Shown here: piece by piece, positions 34,673 through 47,961 of the stretch | Layout: each line of letters starts with the position of its first letter | Numbering within the stretch: the stretch's first letter is position 1 | Source: Amphiscolops sp. MND2022 | Taxonomy: Eukaryota | Assembly: GCA_964187785.1 (NCBI GenBank) | Contig: OZ076409.1 | Span: 82,214,001 to 82,278,000, forward strand | Reading direction: 5' to 3' | DNA: 64,000 nucleotides | The notes under the pieces: generated by a model | What the model saw: only the letters and a program-made list of their open reading frames with translations | Told to the model about the DNA's origin: nothing | The model's database searches: none | Made by a program: the position numbers and the translations under genes

Positions 34673-36918
34673 GTACCATATTGAATTCGTACAAAAAGTG
34701 CAGTGATTTTACTCAGGTCTGAGGATCGGTTGCTGAAAATGATCATCAATTTTCTCCATTGATTCAAATTTGTTTTTAGTTTTTTTTTGCTAACGGAAAA
34801 TGTTTCGGCCAATTGCTTCTGATTCTGGTTAAGGTGGCACAAAACATCATATTTTCTCGTCTTGGGTTATCTCTATTTTCAGTACAAAATGAATGTGTTC
34901 CTCTGCCTGTACGTAGATTCGAATCCCGCCTTTCACTCATTTATTTGGAGTTTATCAGGAACTATGCTACTTTTTTCGAACATTTCAGAAGAATGATCTC
35001 TGACTTTAAGCAGACGCAAAGCATTTTGCAATCATAGAATGTCCCTTTAAAGTTTTTCGGCACTTTGCGACTTACCGAAAAACATTGTTTTTCCAATTTT
35101 TGGTCTTCGAAGTTGAAAAACGGTTTCCAGACTCTTAAGAGTAACTTCTTCGATTTTTCTAAACCTGAGTGACTGATAAAGCCTTTCTCAGCAACTATTT
35201 TCACCATATTTGAACAATTTGTTGTTGAGATTTTCTGATTTGCATCTAAAGCTTGACCTTTTTTTGTTTTTTTTTCGTCCTGCGAAATAGATAAGTGCTT
35301 CCTCAAAAATTGTGGAAAGTCTTAGAATTTTTTCTTCTCGTTAAAAATTTGCTGCTTCCTTTTCTGATGTTTACAGTATAAATAACGTGTTTTCTGACTT
35401 TAAAGGGTCACACTTTTTGATGATTTTGGGACTGCGCGACGTTTTTTTTTGAACAGCTGTTCTAAAAAAAATCACAAATTTGAGTTTTTGTGATTTATCC
35501 AGTTGCGAAAATGTTTTTTTTTACCTTGAAATGTCCTCCCTTCGAAGTTTTTGTTGTATTAGTATTTGAAAAATCTAACAGTACTACTTGGCCTCTTTAC
35601 AATAACAATAAGCAGTATTCTCGAATAACGCATCATGCCGTGGAAACCATTTTAAAACCGGGTAATTTTCCCCAATTTTCATTGGCTCAAACGAGAGGCT
35701 CAAAGGTACAATTAACAAAGACGATGTAACTTCATATCAAGAACTGTTGTTTTAGTAAAATCACCAAAGCAGAATCTAGTTTTTCGAGTATCCACCGGAC
35801 AGTCGAAGAAAGGTTCGATGTTCGTTGGGAAAAGTTGCACCACTGATATCATTGCCTGATTAACTTTTCGAAAATTGTTCCAGCAACAGTAAGTTGTTTA
35901 AACAGTAAGATGAAAACCATCTTAATCAGTATTGTCGACACTAGTTGTGGCTCGCGACTAACATTTTAAAATGACCAAGTTTGAATTTCAAGAGTTCCAT
36001 ATGGTTTCCTACTGAAAACATGAAAAGGTGCGGACGGTTTTAGGAGTATGGGTTCCTTCAATAGGAGTATCATATTAGGGTATTTGTCAAGACATTGATT
36101 TCAATTGCTCCAATTCAAAGTAGGAATCTATCCAGCAGCCAAAATTCAACAACTTTCTGTACTAGAAATGAACGCATATTAGAAGGTTTTTCCGACAAGG
36201 CGCCTCTTTTGATTGAGTTAGGCGACCAAAAAGATTTTAGATATGGTAGGGCATTTCATATTTTTCCCCGCTTGCTTTGAAAAAATGACTTTAAATTTGG
36301 AGCTGAACAAAAAGGCTACCTAAATAATGATAATGGAGTCAACTTTCAAGATTGTGTCTGCTATCGGTGAAGTTACCCATGAGATTAAATGTATATTAAA
36401 TCCGTCTCTGTTAGAAAATTGATCATCGCCAAAGGCACAGACAACCCCCAGACAATGGAAGCTCTCTTTTGAGTAGGGCTTTTTAATAATTTCTGGTCTA
36501 CGGAACTTTTTACAAATAAAAAGATTCGAATGAATTTTGTGTCTAGTTTTTAATGCATCATTTTGAAGTTCTAATGAACTTCGATGTCACCATCGTGCAA
36601 CGGATTTGAACGTTCGTAATAAACCTGGCACTTTGCTGTATGGAAATTTGTTTGCCTTCAAACAAATACAAACAAATCAGAACTGCAAAATTGTTATCAC
36701 GTGGTCGTAAAGCAAAGGGGGAAAATCGCGCAACTAGTAATCCCTCATCTCATACCACCACCCAACTCCTACTTTCTGTCTACCCCTCGAACTTATGGCA
36801 CAGAATTAATACAAATCTAGAAATACCTTCTGGACCTTTTGGACCATACGTTGTGACCAAAAATACCCGGCCACCCATTTTTATAAATCAAATGCATCAT
36901 TACCAGTATTTATCAAAA

Positions 36919-38841
36919 ATGGTTCCATTTTTGTTGGCTGCAATTTCATACGTACAAATTCTGCTTACCTTCCATTTGGGCTGCTGTATGAATGGAGATG
37001 TGTCTTTGAGGTCTTCTCTTGCTCATCTGTTGAAAGATTATGATCGCAACAAGAGACCTAGTTTCGGAACAAGTGAGTACCTTTTCGGGAACATTTTTCA
37101 CATCTTGAGTTTTGTTTCATTTGAATCTTTGTGACGATAATCAAAAGGACACGGATATTATGCAAGAAATATTGTGCAAGATAGTCACTAAAAAATCAAT
37201 TGAAAAAGTTTTTGCAAGAAAACAGCTTTTGATGTTTTAAAACTAGTTTAAACGACCGTTTAATACTCGAATTAAGCAGTTGGTTACACTAAAAATCATT
37301 CTTAATCAATTAGGCTTTGGTTTGAAACTCGTTGCACGTTGAGATAAAATTTTCATAGAACAAACTTTAGAAACAAAATTTTTCGACAATTAGAAATTCA
37401 TCCATTGCAAACAAGGTGACGCTACCGCGGGCATGCTGCAATCATAGTTTCTTCTGCCTCTCAAATTTTGATCTGAACTCTTTCAAGATTCCTTTAGTCT
37501 GATACCTTGACCTTGTAAATTTTGCTAGAAAAGTAGTTATAGCCATTGGTCTTTCAATAGCTGGCACATTCTGCTACGATGGCCGTATACTGCAGTTTTT
37601 CCATGAAAAAAATATTACAAGAGGCGTCTGAATGTTTTCTAAATATTTAGAAGGTCAGAAAGCAAGATTTGGTGCGCAAACTATTTCAAAATGTTTGTGT
37701 CGGCAAGTCTGAGTTCTTTTCAGTGTTGGGAGTTCTGGCTGATAGAGAGCTCAACCGATATAAATCGGGGTATTTGAACTCGAAAATTCAATAAACATGA
37801 AATTTCAATTTTTGCTATCTAGTCCCTCTGTGGTCTGTCTTTCCTAAATTTTCTAACTTTCGAGTCGTGATAGACGGGCTCAAATTCGGCATTAACTCAA
37901 AGTTCTTTCACTGCGGTGCTTTTGAAAAAAGTGCGACCGAAAAAACATCGAAACTGACAACAAACGTGGTTCAAGCTTCACGTAAGTTCTGCTCTCGTTT
38001 CAGGTGAAGCCGACACTTGCAGCTTTGATATTTCTATCTACGAGATCGGGCCGGTTTCGGAAGCCGCAATGGTGAGTTAAAAACACCACAAAGCATCGTC
38101 AAAATGTCGATCATCCTTATGTTTTTTTGACGCGTTTGTTAGAGTTTTCTCTAAATACTTAGCGATTGAACTTTTACATGAAAAAAAACGTAGTTTAATA
38201 TTTAATTTCAATTGAACCGACGTTTTTGTGTCTTGAATTTGAACCTTCATGATGACTTTTGCAATTTTGAAAATTGATCATGTTCTTTTCTCAGAGCTTG
38301 ACAACTGACATGTACGTGAGGCAGACGTGGAGGGATAAACGGGTCACAGACGCAGTAGCCCCTGTGTTCGCTGACATGCCCCCTCGACCTTCTAACAAGA
38401 GCAAGTTCATCAGTCTCACCAGCGACATGGAACACAAACTATGGAGACCCAATGTATACTTCAAGGATGCACTCAAAGAGAACACTCCCAGTAAGTATGA
38501 AGCATGAAGAAAACTTGTTTCGCTTAGATCCTTTTCTCCAACATTGAGTTTTTAAACAAATTTCTGTTGAAATGTTTGGAATGTTTAGATATTTGAATGT
38601 TTTAAAATAAGACAACTGGGTATTTCAGAATAGAAGTCGTTTTTCAACTGCATTCTCTGTTTTCAGCCTAAAACTTTTTTTGTTTTTTTTTCAGAGGAGT
38701 TCTCTAAGAGTCATTTTCTGCGTTTGTATGAAAACGGGACCATCCTTTCATCCAAAAGGGTTCTGGTCACAACTCGATGCGAGATCAGTCTCAGCTTTTT
38801 CCCACTGGACCAGCAGTTGTGTCGAATTTGCCTCGAAAGCT
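36919..38841 (+). CDS. Exons 1-4 of a second Cys-loop ligand-gated ion channel (36919-37072, 38004-38071, 38295-38490, 38695-38841)
   Basis: GT-AG junctions with consistent phases 1, 0, 1. Signal peptide, LLKDYDRNKRP, IGPVSE, DMYVRQTWRDKR, LWRPNVYF, Cys loop CEISLSFFPLDQQLC. Later exons not found in the window. Confidence 0.88.
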
Positions 38842-41800
38842 GTAAGTATTCATATATTGTTTATAATTCTAAAGAAAAATACTTCAATTTCAAGAACATA
38901 TCAACATGCCCCCAATTATTTTTTTCTATTTAACTTCATTCAAAAATCTTGGCTCATTTAAAAATTTGAAATCAACGTCAAGTAGCCATTAATATCACAT
39001 TTTAGATGGAGGGAATTTTGAGCGAACCTTTCTCGAAGATTGATGAATTTTCACGAAACTTCTAGATTAATTTTGAATTACGATGCAGTTTCATGTGACT
39101 ATAAAGATCAAATCATTAACATTAACGTTAGTAGTGCGGTGTTATATCTTATTAGCAAACTCGAGGGGGGGGGGTTTGAAATTTTACCAAAAATTTATGA
39201 TGAAAATAAGTTCTAAACACAAATTACGTTTATATTCGAGTAATTAAAAACACTTTCTAAAAACTTTTCTTGCTGTGCTGAAGAAAAAAAAATTACAAGA
39301 AAATCTGGTGAACACCCCCCACACACACACACTACATGCAAAAATTGAAAATTTTGAGAATCTTACAAATACTCGGGAAAGTATCTGGAACAATCAGAAA
39401 GGAAAAAAACCGCATCGTTGAAATCAGAAAACAAAAAAAAACGATAAAAAACTGTCAAAAACGTAAACACACCCCCCTCCTTCTATACGCTACATGCAAA
39501 AAATCTAAAATTTTTTAAAAAATTGTCGAAAAAACCACCAATGTTGCGAAACGTTCAAAAATGTTGTTAGAAGCGTTGCAGTCAACGGAAATCAGTGGAA
39601 AAGGTCATGTGAACACTTTTTCAGGACATGGAAAATCTCGAAAAATGAAAAAAAACTAAAAACTTGTTTGAAATTGGAGTATTTCAGCAATTTGTAGCAA
39701 TTGTTTGACCGTGAAAGAGAACAAAACTTGAACTATTGGAAATATTCCTTTTCTGAACCTCATTCCACCGGCAGTCATCGCAAATAAGAATTTCAAATTC
39801 AAGAGTGTCCATGACTTGTCAACTCATTTTGTACCACTGGTTGATTAACTTTGAATGGATGCTAAGCGGATTTATGTGAAGTTTGAGATGAGGCAAATTA
39901 TTCTTTTCACAGAAATACACACTGAGCAAATGAGTCGATTTACATAGAACTCTAAGACCTTAAAAAAACTTGGTTCTTTTTTGTTTGTCTAGTTTTAGGC
40001 TGTAAATAGCAAGATTCTTGTACCCATCAAGCGAGACTTTGCCAGTCGGTTGTCTACCACAAATACTATTCATCTCATAATCTAAGCTTCCAGGCGTTTA
40101 GTACTTCAGTTAATAAGAAAAACAGATCAAAGATATCCCCTGTGAAATCATCAACCACCGAGTTTTGGGTTTTCAAGAGAAACATTTTGCGCAAACAAAA
40201 CTTTGAACCCTTGCCCTCATCTCTGTTCTTGGGTATTTTGTGATTCAATTTAACAGCGTGTAATCAATTGCAGGTCTAGTTTACATCCACTGCACGAATT
40301 TTAGTATTGGATTTTTAAGCAAAAAGTAGAACAGATAGTAGTCAATTAGACTTAGACTAAATTATCCCTAGGTCATATCATGTAAATCGAGCGAACATAA
40401 TTCAAGTTACTTGTTTTCTCATCTTCGAAAAACTGTATCGATACTTTTCCCAAATCAAACCCTACATCTCAGGCTGTACAGCCTGCAATGTTTTCGCCCA
40501 ACTGGAGAACAAATTCCATATGCCTATGGAAACTAGATTTCATTGTGTTCAAGTATTTTAGTGTTGGTCGAAAAACATGATAACACCATCTAAATATGTG
40601 CTTTCAGGTAATTTCGGCTGATATTAGAATAGATGAAGTAGACAATTCAGCAACTGTTGCAACAAAATGTCATGCAAACCTGCTGTTTCCTTTCGATTAC
40701 CTGCAAACTAGAAAAGCTACTATTAAACAGGTTGGAGAAAAGTATACACATTGATAGAATTGCACATCAGCGAGAAGCTTTTTTTAAGGTTGCCTGGAAA
40801 TGAACAGAAAAGAAATCTCACGCCGATCTTCGTTTCCAATGGTATTTCTTGAATACCTCCAGCTGAGACACGGAGCCTTTACCCGATCAAGAATTGAATG
40901 TTTCAGAATGCATCTACCTACGAATGAGGATTCTAAATAATGTAAAGTTGTGACCAATCAAGAGTATGGTCTATATCGTCTCAAACATCATATCACAACC
41001 GCCCGAGCCTGACGGTAGATCAGCTGGATCCTTTCACTACTACATAGTCAAGTATCTCCCAATATTTAGAGCTGTATATAATCAAAAAGTTCACAATGCC
41101 AGAGCTGCATATTCATGCACTTCCCATTTTCCAGAGTGAACGTTTTCTGCTAAAATTCTCTTTCTTGATGCCGAGAATTACATCGAAGGTTTTGAATATT
41201 ATACTTTGCTATTTTCATAATTCATGCAATCTCAACAACATGAGACTAACAACACTTGTCAGTTATGAAAGCAACTTTAAAATGAGTCAGATTGAGTACG
41301 CAATAGCTCCACTAAACAAGCTGACGCACGTTCAACAGCTGTAATAAACATTTACACATACTGTGTCGGTACCGCTTTCGATCTTATCCAGCGTCGCACT
41401 CTGTAGAGTCTGTTTGCTTAATTATTTTCTAATTGTTTGACTGATGTTAAAAACAAATAATTAATCACAATAAGTTAATCACAAGTATAAAGGGTCGACG
41501 TCGCTTTCATGTTTACACAGCGTGTCGCTCTGTTTGATCAATCTGGAATTTTAACTACGAAGATACATATGCCACTCGCGACACGCCTAGTGAAGCTACT
41601 GTGTAATAAACAATCAATAAATACAAAGTTCCGGTGTCGCTTTCATGTTTACACAGCGTGTCGCTTTATTTGATCAATATGGAATTGGCAACTACAGAGA
41701 TCTATTGATCCAATATCAATCTTGCATCCGGTCTGCTCGACCAAAACAAAAACAATCCATACTAAATTTTGTTTACAATGAACTAGCGAAGGGAATTGAT

Positions 41801-42066
41801 TTGAATTTTGAGGTCTCGACTCTGTTGTTTCAATCATTAGTATCTTATTTCAAAACATTTATCAAATTTAGTGAATGAAAAAAGAATAGCAAGCCATTTC
41901 GGTGGTGTTAAAGTTTTGTGCCTGGTAAACATTGTTTTGTATGCAACAAGTTCTCTGTTGTGTCAAATGTCATTGAGCTTCAGTTTACTTCAAGTATTTT
42001 GTCAGTTAATTTTTTTCAGACATTTGTCTTGAGATCACCGGTAGAACAGCATAATCACCAGTCAAG

Positions 42067-42450
42067 ATGTATCAGAAATCAGCCATGACTTTCAGCTCTC
42101 TCACATCCTTAAAAGATCTCGAGTTTGAAGATGCCCATATTGACGTGGCATCATCTGATAAACGACTTGTCCGCGTGACCACAAACACATATAAAGACAG
42201 TGGTCTTACAAACATCAACATCAAGTTGTTCAAGAAAAAAGAGGATCAAGATGACTTTCGCTTGCAACAGAGAGTGGGTCTCACTGTCAAGGAGTTTCAG
42301 GAAATGATAGCGAATGTAGAAAACATTATCATGGGCCCTCCCAATCCAGACGGCAGTACGGGGGAGAAGAAAATCAATAAGAGGATTGCTCAAAGCTATA
42401 CGGGGGCTGCTGATATCAAGAAGCAAAAAACTGCTGATAAGAAGGAATGA
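42067..42450 (+). CDS. PC4/Sub1-like ssDNA-binding protein (left arm)
   Basis: RLVRVTTNTY...INIKLF...RVGLTVKEFQEMIANVENI fits the PC4 beta-beta-beta-helix pattern. Basic tail. Confidence 0.5.
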   Translation: MYQKSAMTFSSLTSLKDLEFEDAHIDVASSDKRLVRVTTNTYKDSGLTNINIKLFKKKEDQDDFRLQQRVGLTVKEFQEMIANVENIIMGPPNPDGSTGEKKINKRIAQSYTGAADIKKQKTADKKE

Positions 42451-43402
42451 AAAGTTGTACAACTCTTTTCAAAAGTAATTGCAGCATACAAGTTTTGATA
42501 AAGTTCCTGTTTTCAAATCCATTAATCGTAGTTAAATGTTTTTTGAATGTTTTTGTTTCTATTTCATTTTTCGTGCATCGGTACATCCCATCTTCTCAAT
42601 CGTTTTTGTTTGATGTGAACTGTGCTATAATGCTTTCTTTTGTTTGCCCCTGATTTTGTCTTTTCTTCAATCTACCCTTTCTATCATTAGTTTTTTAAAT
42701 CCTTTCTTTCGTTTTTGTTTCCATTGCATACGCTCCTCTCCTCATTTACGCTCTATCCCATCTTATACTGTAACGTATCGATTTGAGTTTATTTTTGATG
42801 TGTGTTTTTTTGATTTTAGGTGTTGTTGTTCCCTTCCTGTGGTATCCGATCTTTTTTTGCAATCTTCACCTCTTATACGTTTAAAATAGTTACTTGATTT
42901 ACCTTTTTAATGTGTTTTATTCTATTTAATCCTGTCATTGTCCCAACTCTGTACGTTAATGGAGTAATCAATATTTAGGTAATCCGCACTATTTCATTTG
43001 TAAGTGTGATGCTTTTGTTTAATCTTAAAGTCCAGTGAAGTTATATATATACTCGATATATACATTTTTTCACCTCGTAGGTTTTTGAATTAGTTTCATC
43101 ATCCTGAGTTTTTTTTCGTTGTTGAGATAGTATTGGGTATTGAAAACACTTCGTGAAAAACTACCTAAAAATTTTTTCACACCTTTATATTTTATAGCAA
43201 CCTCGATGAAACATCCTTTTCCGAACGTTTTTGAGTAAAGGAATGTTTTCGGTGGCGTTTCTCAAGAATGTGCAAGCATCTTGAAACTCGAATTGTCTCA
43301 TGCAACTGTAAACCCCGTGATCCAAGCAACTGTTTTTGTTTTTCTATAGTCAATGTTAAGTAATTGCATCTACTTTCATTTACAGTTTTTTTGTAGACGA
43401 AA

Positions 43403-43925
43403 TATGGTGGAAGCAATGCATGAACAGCATCCGGACTTTTTCAAACAACATCGGAAAAATTTTCGGTACCTGGTGTTGGAAAAGGAACCAAGGATTGGGC
43501 TTGATACTCCTTCAGGATCAAATTACGCATTTAAAGTTCATTCTTTTACCTCTGATTATCTTTGCGGCTTTGAGAAACAACCACACTACCATGTTCTTTT
43601 TGAGTGCGATTCCAGTAATAGAAAAGGTTACAATGTACCGTGCCTCTATTCAACGTTCTGTCTACTGTTGGCGGATTGTTCGAGTCTCGTCATGCAAGGT
43701 GAAATTATGAATCGTCTGCAGGTTGCAATGAAGTACAACCTAAAAGAAAACAAAACCTTGCTAGCGCAGGGTCGACGCAAAGTTCCTGTTGTTCAAATCA
43801 GACGAGACAAAAGTGTTCAAACTGGTTTTTTACCGACTGCCACGTTTAGCCGATTTCAGCAGTTGATTCAAGGCCCATCAGCTGCAACTTTGTACAGAAT
43901 CTTAGACATTCTCAATGACGGATAA
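43403..43925 (+). CDS. Hypothetical protein with HUH-like motif (left arm)
   Basis: Open frame conserved in both arms. QPHYHVLF. Confidence 0.4.
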
Positions 43926-45471
43926 GGATGCATCGACACTACTAATTTGTATTTTTCGATTGACAATTCCAAAACTCTGTAAAGCTTGCATAGTTTGAGG
44001 AATACAATGTGGCATGAATATAATCTTCAAACCAGTGTTTCCTTGTCAACGTCAGCCAGTGCTTGACAGCGAAAATAGTTTTTTAAGGATTAAAATTCAG
44101 CAGTCAGGTATAAATAAATTGGATCATTGTGTACTGACAGGTTTGCACTATCAAAAAATCATCGGCACGCTGGTCACGCTTAGTAGTAAAATTTGTTTAC
44201 ATAATGAAAATGCGCCGTTAGATTCAAACGAATTGGATCATTGTGTAGTGGCATTTTAACGCTGTCATTAATTCATATGAATGTTGCGCATATTGTGACA
44301 GTGTGACGGAAGCTGTCAAAGCATGAAAAAGCAGGAGTATCAGATTCGCGACACTAGGAAACGAGAACTGGAATTTCATGCATGTAATTTGGTTCTGTAC
44401 ATGTACTGTCTAGCCAATGAGTCATGTCAGATATTGAGATATAGTACTCCAGGGTACACCTTTGTTTATTCAAGACTTTATAGTCAATGATTAAACTGCA
44501 ACACCTGCTTTGTTTGCTGTTGCAAAATGAATTCTTTTCAACTACGCCAAGCAACTCGTTCCAACCAGTTCTTTCAAGACTCAAAACTTCACGGTAGAGG
44601 AAAAACTTTGATAGAATGTGCCCACTCAAACACATTACACTTTGGTTGTTCCCAAATCCAAAGGCGTTTAGTGTTCAGCAGAATTATTAACTCTCAAGCT
44701 CAGATATCAATCTAGAGAAGAAATAGAAAACGACCAAAATGTATATTCGTTTTTGAGTTTTGATTTTAGTGAACAATTGGGCACATTCTTCAACTTGTCA
44801 GCAATTGAACTTCCATGAAACTACCAAAGCAGACTTTCACTGGTGTGTCTGGTAACTCGCGGTTCACGTTTCATGAAACTTGGTTCAACAAAACAATAGC
44901 AATAATTGAAGAAGCATGGTGGGAGGACGTCTGGTCGATAAAAAGCTCAGCTTCAACCCCAAAAGATTTGTTTATTCTGCTGCAATTGGAATGTGTATCG
45001 GGAACTAATCCAAACAGCCTCAACCTAACGGACACTGTAGAAACGTCATTCACTACAACAATAGTTTATGATCGTTTCGAGTTGCCGTATGGTGTACGAC
45101 AGCTTCTGTTTGACATTGACTGTCGAAATATACCCGTTTGAGAAAATCAGTTGGGTGTGCGAAAACCCACAGTCGAGTCCGAAAAAAAATCACATAAATT
45201 TGTGTGTACACCATCAGGCATTGTCTGAAGTAGAGCAGACTTTTTTAAAACTAATTTTCAAGGTCCATGTTTAATCTAGTTCTTTCAAACGTTTGGGAAC
45301 AACAATCTATTTTCGTACTTTCGATATGAACCGAACTAAATTTGATTCCCAGTTTCCAGTTTCACCGGTAAAACGAGGTGACAATGGTTCTTGAAAAGAC
45401 ATCTTTCTAGGCATTCATTATCACCAAACCATATTTTATACTTTTGAAAAGTCTTTTTTCAGAGTTTCTCT

Positions 45472-46532
45472 ATGGAAAGCAACGCTTCAACTTCAAACTT
45501 GCCAGAGCAGCGAAACACTGAAGACCACATGGGCTTCAACCAAAATGAAGAGCCACTTGCCAGTTTCAACAAATTGCGAGATGAGGTTCTTTGCTTGAAA
45601 ACTAAAGTCTCTGAATTGCGAGTAGATGATTTGTGGTCACTAGCGAAAAAATTCTTCTTACTCAATGTAAAAGTGTTCCAGTACATCCACTCAATGCAAC
45701 TCATACCTGCACGAATGCGAGAAGAGGTATCTGAACTGAGGAATGAGATGATTGAGATGAAAAGCGAATACATTGTCCATGAAACAAGGAATACTCCTGG
45801 CTCTACAAAGACTCTTGAGGTGTCGAGTAAAAGGATTGGAATAAAAGAAAGTACACCTCAGTATAAACTATTCAATGCAACAGGAAGCAGTGGCGAAGTC
45901 AAGGAAAACGCAGCAAGCGGTAGCAAAATCAAGGAAAGCAGCTCGGTTAAACCTGTGGAAAGAGAATGTCTAAACGAAGATGTCATAAAGCGTCAAATCG
46001 AATTGATTGAAAGATACTCAAAAAAAATTGTTGCCATTTGCTCGAGCGTATAAAAAGTCTGGAATGTGGCCGTAATGGGTCAGTTGTTTGGAAACTCAGT
46101 GGCTTCAACCATATTTTCGAGGCAACGGAAAGAGCTGAAGTCAAATCAAAAAATGAAAAAGTGCCAACCGATTTTTGTAGTCCAATATTTCTCACAGGTT
46201 CTCCCTGATATTCTTTGTATGTGAGACTATTTCCATTTGGATGCGAGGTGGCAGCTGGCAATCACGTTTGTTTTTGTTGCCCTAATTCCCGGAATGTATG
46301 ATGCCATTCTCAAATGGCCATTCAAGTCTACAATCAAAATCAGCGTCATTAGTCAACATGATCCTGCTGATAGATGGACGCGATCAATAGTCCCTAGTGA
46401 AAAAACTGGGAGCTGCTTCAAGCGTCCGTCTTCGTGTAAAGGAAACATGTCGGTTGCCTTGGATGCAGCAGAGATCATGGATACCTAAAGGAGGATTTAA
46501 TTTTCATCGAAATTACATTTTCTGCTGAATGA
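45472..46532 (+). pseudogene. Intronless TRAF-like gene (coiled coil plus MATH/TRAF-C domain), decayed
   Basis: Across frames: NGSVVWKLSGF...FCSPIFLTGSP*YSLYVRLFPFG...GNHV...LIPGMYDAILKWPF...SVISQ...CFKRP...YLKEDLIFIEITF. Confidence 0.8.
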
Positions 46533-47961
46533 AGTATTTATTTTGTGAACAAAAATGTCAACTTCGTTTTGTTTTATAATCTTGAAACAAATTTAAATAT
46601 CAAACGGCACTTCCAACCTAGTTTTTATGAGCTGCTATAGACGATATGACTGATTATACGTTATAATAACGTTGACTGATTAACTGATAACGTTAACTGC
46701 TATAAACCTTGACTGATTATACTCAATGATCAGAAAAGTTTCATCAGTGTATATCTTAAATTTTTCCCGATTCAGACTTCTTTAACCTCAATCGGTAACC
46801 TGAGAGCTATAATTTACAACATCAGTTGTTAGCGGTACGTTATTAAAATGATAACATCAGAGAGAGAGAGAGACCTTTCAAACAAAACGGATATCACCTC
46901 GTTTATCATTAAACTGGAAAATGGGTATCAAAATTAGTTCGGTTTCATATCGAAAGTACGAAAATAGATTGTCGTACCCAAAGGTTTGAAAGAACTAGAT
47001 TAAACATGGACCTTGGAAATTAGTTTTGAAAAAGTCTGCTCTACTTCAGACAATGCCTGATGGTGTACACACAAATTTATGTGACTTTCTTTCGGACTCG
47101 ACTGTGGGTTTTCGCACACCCATATTGACGAATACTTGTACTAGAGAATGCTTCGCAATAATAAAAATTGACAAGGAAGCGTTCGAGCACCTCAAGGCCT
47201 TCGCAGCTATTATCGTCAGTGAGCAAGAACCTAAATTGTGTGTCTTTAGTAAAACACACCTACAGTGTTAAGACGTGGGCTAAATTGAGGTAACGGTCGA
47301 ATTTATTCTGGAGACAAGTTTCGGAGAAAGCTTATCGGTCTCTGTAGAATTGATGGATCCAAACAAAAAGGAGTTCCAAGGTCCTTTCATCTTGTCAGTT
47401 TACTTGAAAGACGTCAGGAGCAAAGATGAAAAAAAACTTTCAGGAGACAGATGGAAATTATTCCATCTGGCTACCGCGTCAAGCGAGCAATGAAACATTT
47501 AATTTTTACTGAGACCATCGATCATTTCTTGAGAAACAATCAATGCTACGTATTGGAGTTTGTAGTCAAAGACAAAAGTGTAAGAAGGGATTGACTTCAA
47601 ATTACCATTGAAAAGTTAATTTTCCAAAAAGATTTTCGATCATTTTTCGTTTTCTGAAAGGAGTTGGCTTCACCTAGAAGAGTAAATATAAGTAAAGGGT
47701 TATTCACCATCAAGGTTTTGGCTATTTTGTTTTTTTCTCACCCACTGTCCAATTGTTGAGACAAGCTGCGATGTCAATTTTCTTTAGCGATTCAAAGGCT
47801 CAAAGCCGCACAAGTTTACTCTTGTGAGGTGATCAAGCTAGGCACTGGAAAAGAATGGCTGAAAAGTTTATTACAAAATGACTTGAATGACAAAGTTGAA
47901 GCAATGATTTGAACGATGATACAAACAAACAAGTTATAAAACATCACATCAAGAAAGTTTG

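Noticed and set aside
39123..39129. AACGTT as part of the inverted arms rather than a TSD
   Set aside because: It is palindromic, so formally ambiguous, but AGTAGT/ACTACT begins exactly inside it and symmetry ends one base further out. A TSD is preferred.
46640..46873. TAACGTTGACTGAT repeats and an (AG)n run as an internal Polinton terminus
   Set aside because: No partner inverted end or TSD. A simple microsatellite explains it.
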